DNA from: an uncultured Acidobacteriota bacterium
Lineage (GTDB): Bacteria > Acidobacteriota > Thermoanaerobaculia > UBA5066
Direction: 5' to 3'
Length of the DNA: 64,000 bases
Assembly (NCBI GenBank): GCA_903845115.1
Contig: CAIMWE010000082.1
Coordinates: forward strand, 48,935-112,934
Shown: positions 61,960 to 64,000 of the stretch, one piece after another
How positions within the stretch are numbered: position 1 is the stretch's first letter
Layout of the letters: each line of letters begins with the position of its first letter
Translations under genes and position numbers: made by a program
Notes under the pieces: model-generated
Database searches by the model: none
Seen by the model: only the letters and a program-made list of their open reading frames with translations
Told to the model about the DNA's origin: nothing

Positions 61960-63329
61960 TCAGGGGCCGGTCGCCCAGGCGCGGACGATCCCCTTCATCG
62001 TCTCGACCCCCTCGTCGAACCAGTCGAGGCGGATCCTCTCGCTCAGGCCGTGGACGCCGGCCTGGTCGTAGTAGTTGACGCGAAACGGCGTGAGGCCGTA
62101 GGTGAGGATGCCGTGCACCCGGAGCACCCGGTTCTCCGAGAGGGCGGGGCCGACGTCGCTGACGATCGCGGCCGCGGGGAACCGGTCCGCGAGGACCCTC
62201 CGGATCACGCCGTAGAGGCCGGACCGGGGAGAGGCCGGTCCCGGCACCCCCTGGAAGACCACCTCGACCTTGACCGAGGGGTCGGCGATCGCGGAACGGA
62301 CCCAGCCGAGGAGCTCCGCCGGGTCGGTCGACGGGAGGAACCGGATGTCCAGGTCGGCCCAGGCGGTCCGCGGACGGGCGTTCTGGGCGAGGCTGTCCGT
62401 CCCGATGCGGGTGACGGCGACGGTGTCGGTCAGCATCGCGAGGTCCCGCGGGCTCAGCTCGGCCCGGAGGCGTGCCGGGTCGGCCTCGGCGAGCCGCTTC
62501 ACCTCCCCGGCGGAGGCGTGCCCCTTGCCGATCCCCTCGCGGTCGCGGATGGCGCGCTCGACTTCGGGCTCCAGGCGCAGGGGCCGGTCCTTTCCGGCGA
62601 TCGCCGCGACGGCCCGGGCGATCCGGACGGAGGGCTGCCCGGGCCCCGGTATGGCGAGTGCCCGCCCGGTCCGGACGCCGACAGGCGAAGCCAGAGCGCC
62701 CCCTTCTGCTGGATCTCGATCCCGAAGAGGCGAGGTCGATCGACGATCGTCTCGACGAGTCCACCCTCTCCGATCGCGTCGGCGATGCCGGCGAACCACT
62801 GCGGGCGCTCCTTCAGGAGGAGAGCGACGCCGAGGGCCCCTCCCGTCTCCTCGTCCGGGGTGGCGAGGAAGACGAGGTCGGCTCTGAGACCTCCCGAGCG
62901 CCTCGCATCCAGGAACGCCTCGAGCTCGGCGATGCCGAGCCCCTTGTCGTCGATCGTCCCGCGTCCGACGAGGCGGCTCCCGTTCACGGCGCCGGCGAAT
63001 GGGGGCTGGTCCCATCCGCGCGGCGGAGCGGGAAGGACGTCGATGTGGTGGTGGAGCAGGAGGCCGCCCTTCGAGCCGGTTCCCTTCAGCCTGGCGTAGA
63101 GGGACGCCCGGCCCGGACGGGCCTCGTGGATCTCCGAGGGGATTCCCGCCTCGTCGAGGAGGCGCTTCAGGTAGAGGGCCCCGGCCTTCTCGTTCCCGGG
63201 AGGGTTCGAGGTGTCGATCCGGACGTAGGCCTGGAGCCGGCGGGCCGCCGGCGAGAGGTCGGGCTCGCCCGGAGCCGCCGCTCCCGGCGCTCGGGCGAAG
63301 AGGAGGAGGGCGGCCAGGATCGGGACGGC
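61960..63329 (-). pseudogene. M20/M25/M40 metallopeptidase, frameshifted and lacking a start codon
   Basis: RIDTSNPPGNE, HHIDV, GRGTIDDKG, DEETGG in one frame; DIRFLP and HG.SERI in another; shift near 62655. Confidence 0.8.
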
Positions 63330-63610
63330 CGGCGCTCGGCCTCCCCGTCCCGGTACAGCAGGGGGCCAAGTTCCTCGCCCCGCGGGATCAGAACGCCGAA
63401 CCCCCTCGGGAAGGCGCTCCGGATCGAGAGGGTTCTCGGGTCGTCGGCCCAGACGCCGGAGGCGATCGGGCCCGCGGCCGTCTGGATCGAGCCTCCCGCC
63501 TTCGGGCCCGACTCGAGGAGGAGAGTCTCGCTCTCGCCGGATTCCCAGCGGCGGCCAAAGGCGGCGGTGAGGCCGGCAATCCCGGCCCCGAGGATGACGA
63601 TGCGGCTCAG
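63330..63610 (-). pseudogene. hemY: Internally deleted protoporphyrinogen/coproporphyrinogen oxidase (HemY/HemG) remnant
   Basis: IVILGAGIAGLTAAF, LLE....GGSIQT, SGVWADDP..LS...AFP, GFGVLIP..E in ~95 codons directly after hemH. Confidence 0.75.
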
Positions 63611-64000
63611 CCGGCGCCTTTCAGGGACCGCCGGACGAGGTCCGCGAGGCCCCGGATGAAGTCGGGGTGGTCGTTCAGGCCGTCCGCGGCGACGTAGTGG
63701 GGGATCCCGAGCGCCCTCGCCTGGTCGGCGAAGAGCATCCGGATCTCGTAGAGCGTCTCGACGTGGTCCGACACGAACGCGACGGGCACGACGAGGACCT
63801 GGCGTTCGCCGGCGGCGGCCAGCTCCTTCAGGACGTCGGGAGTCGAGGGGCCGAGCCACGGCATGTACCCGACCTTGGACTGGTAGGCGAGGCGCGACCG
63901 GTACCGGCGGCCGATCCGGGCGTCGATCGCCTTCACGGTGGCTTCGATGTGCGCCGGGTACGGGTCCTTCTTCTTCTCGACCGTCGAGAGCGGGAGCGAG
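63607..64000 (-). CDS. hemH: Ferrochelatase (3' part; gene runs off window)
   Basis: DPY, YQSKVG...WLGP, P.AFVSDHVETLYEI, LND. Confidence 0.95.
   Translation of the reverse strand, partial: SLPLSTVEKKKDPYPAHIEATVKAIDARIGRRYRSRLAYQSKVGYMPWLGPSTPDVLKELAAAGERQVLVVPVAFVSDHVETLYEIRMLFADQARALGIPHYVAADGLNDHPDFIRGLADLVRRSLKGAG

Overview
High-GC chromosomal core region. The 16S signature and gene content (GWxTD protein, sulfatase-TPR, Oar-like TonB receptor, split atp operon) suggest Acidobacteriota, possibly Thermoanaerobaculia/Holophagae-related; this is inference. Contents: purF-purM-purN; a complete rrn operon (16S-tRNAIle-tRNAAla-23S-5S); gmd; a MidA/NDUFAF7-type methyltransferase directly upstream of an 11-subunit complex I-like operon (nuoABCD-HIJKLMN, no nuoEFG) that runs straight into atpZ-atpI-atpB-atpE; argS; methylmalonyl-CoA mutase; tdk/nth; a 5'-nucleotidase plus TonB receptor; rho; an RhlB-like helicase; an APC permease; and the 3' part of hemH. 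Most notable: (1) a Rieske gene coupled to a ~1005-aa cytochrome b fused to a nine-CxxCH multiheme domain; (2) a ~95-codon hemY/hemG remnant made almost entirely of colinear conserved motifs; (3) a dispersed structured repeat with compensatory base changes between convergent genes; (4) a 38-bp duplication of the nuoD 3' end where nuoEFG normally sit; (5) a window-wide TANNNT-6-9nt-start pattern suggesting leaderless mRNAs. No CRISPR array, transposase, integrase or prophage gene was seen.
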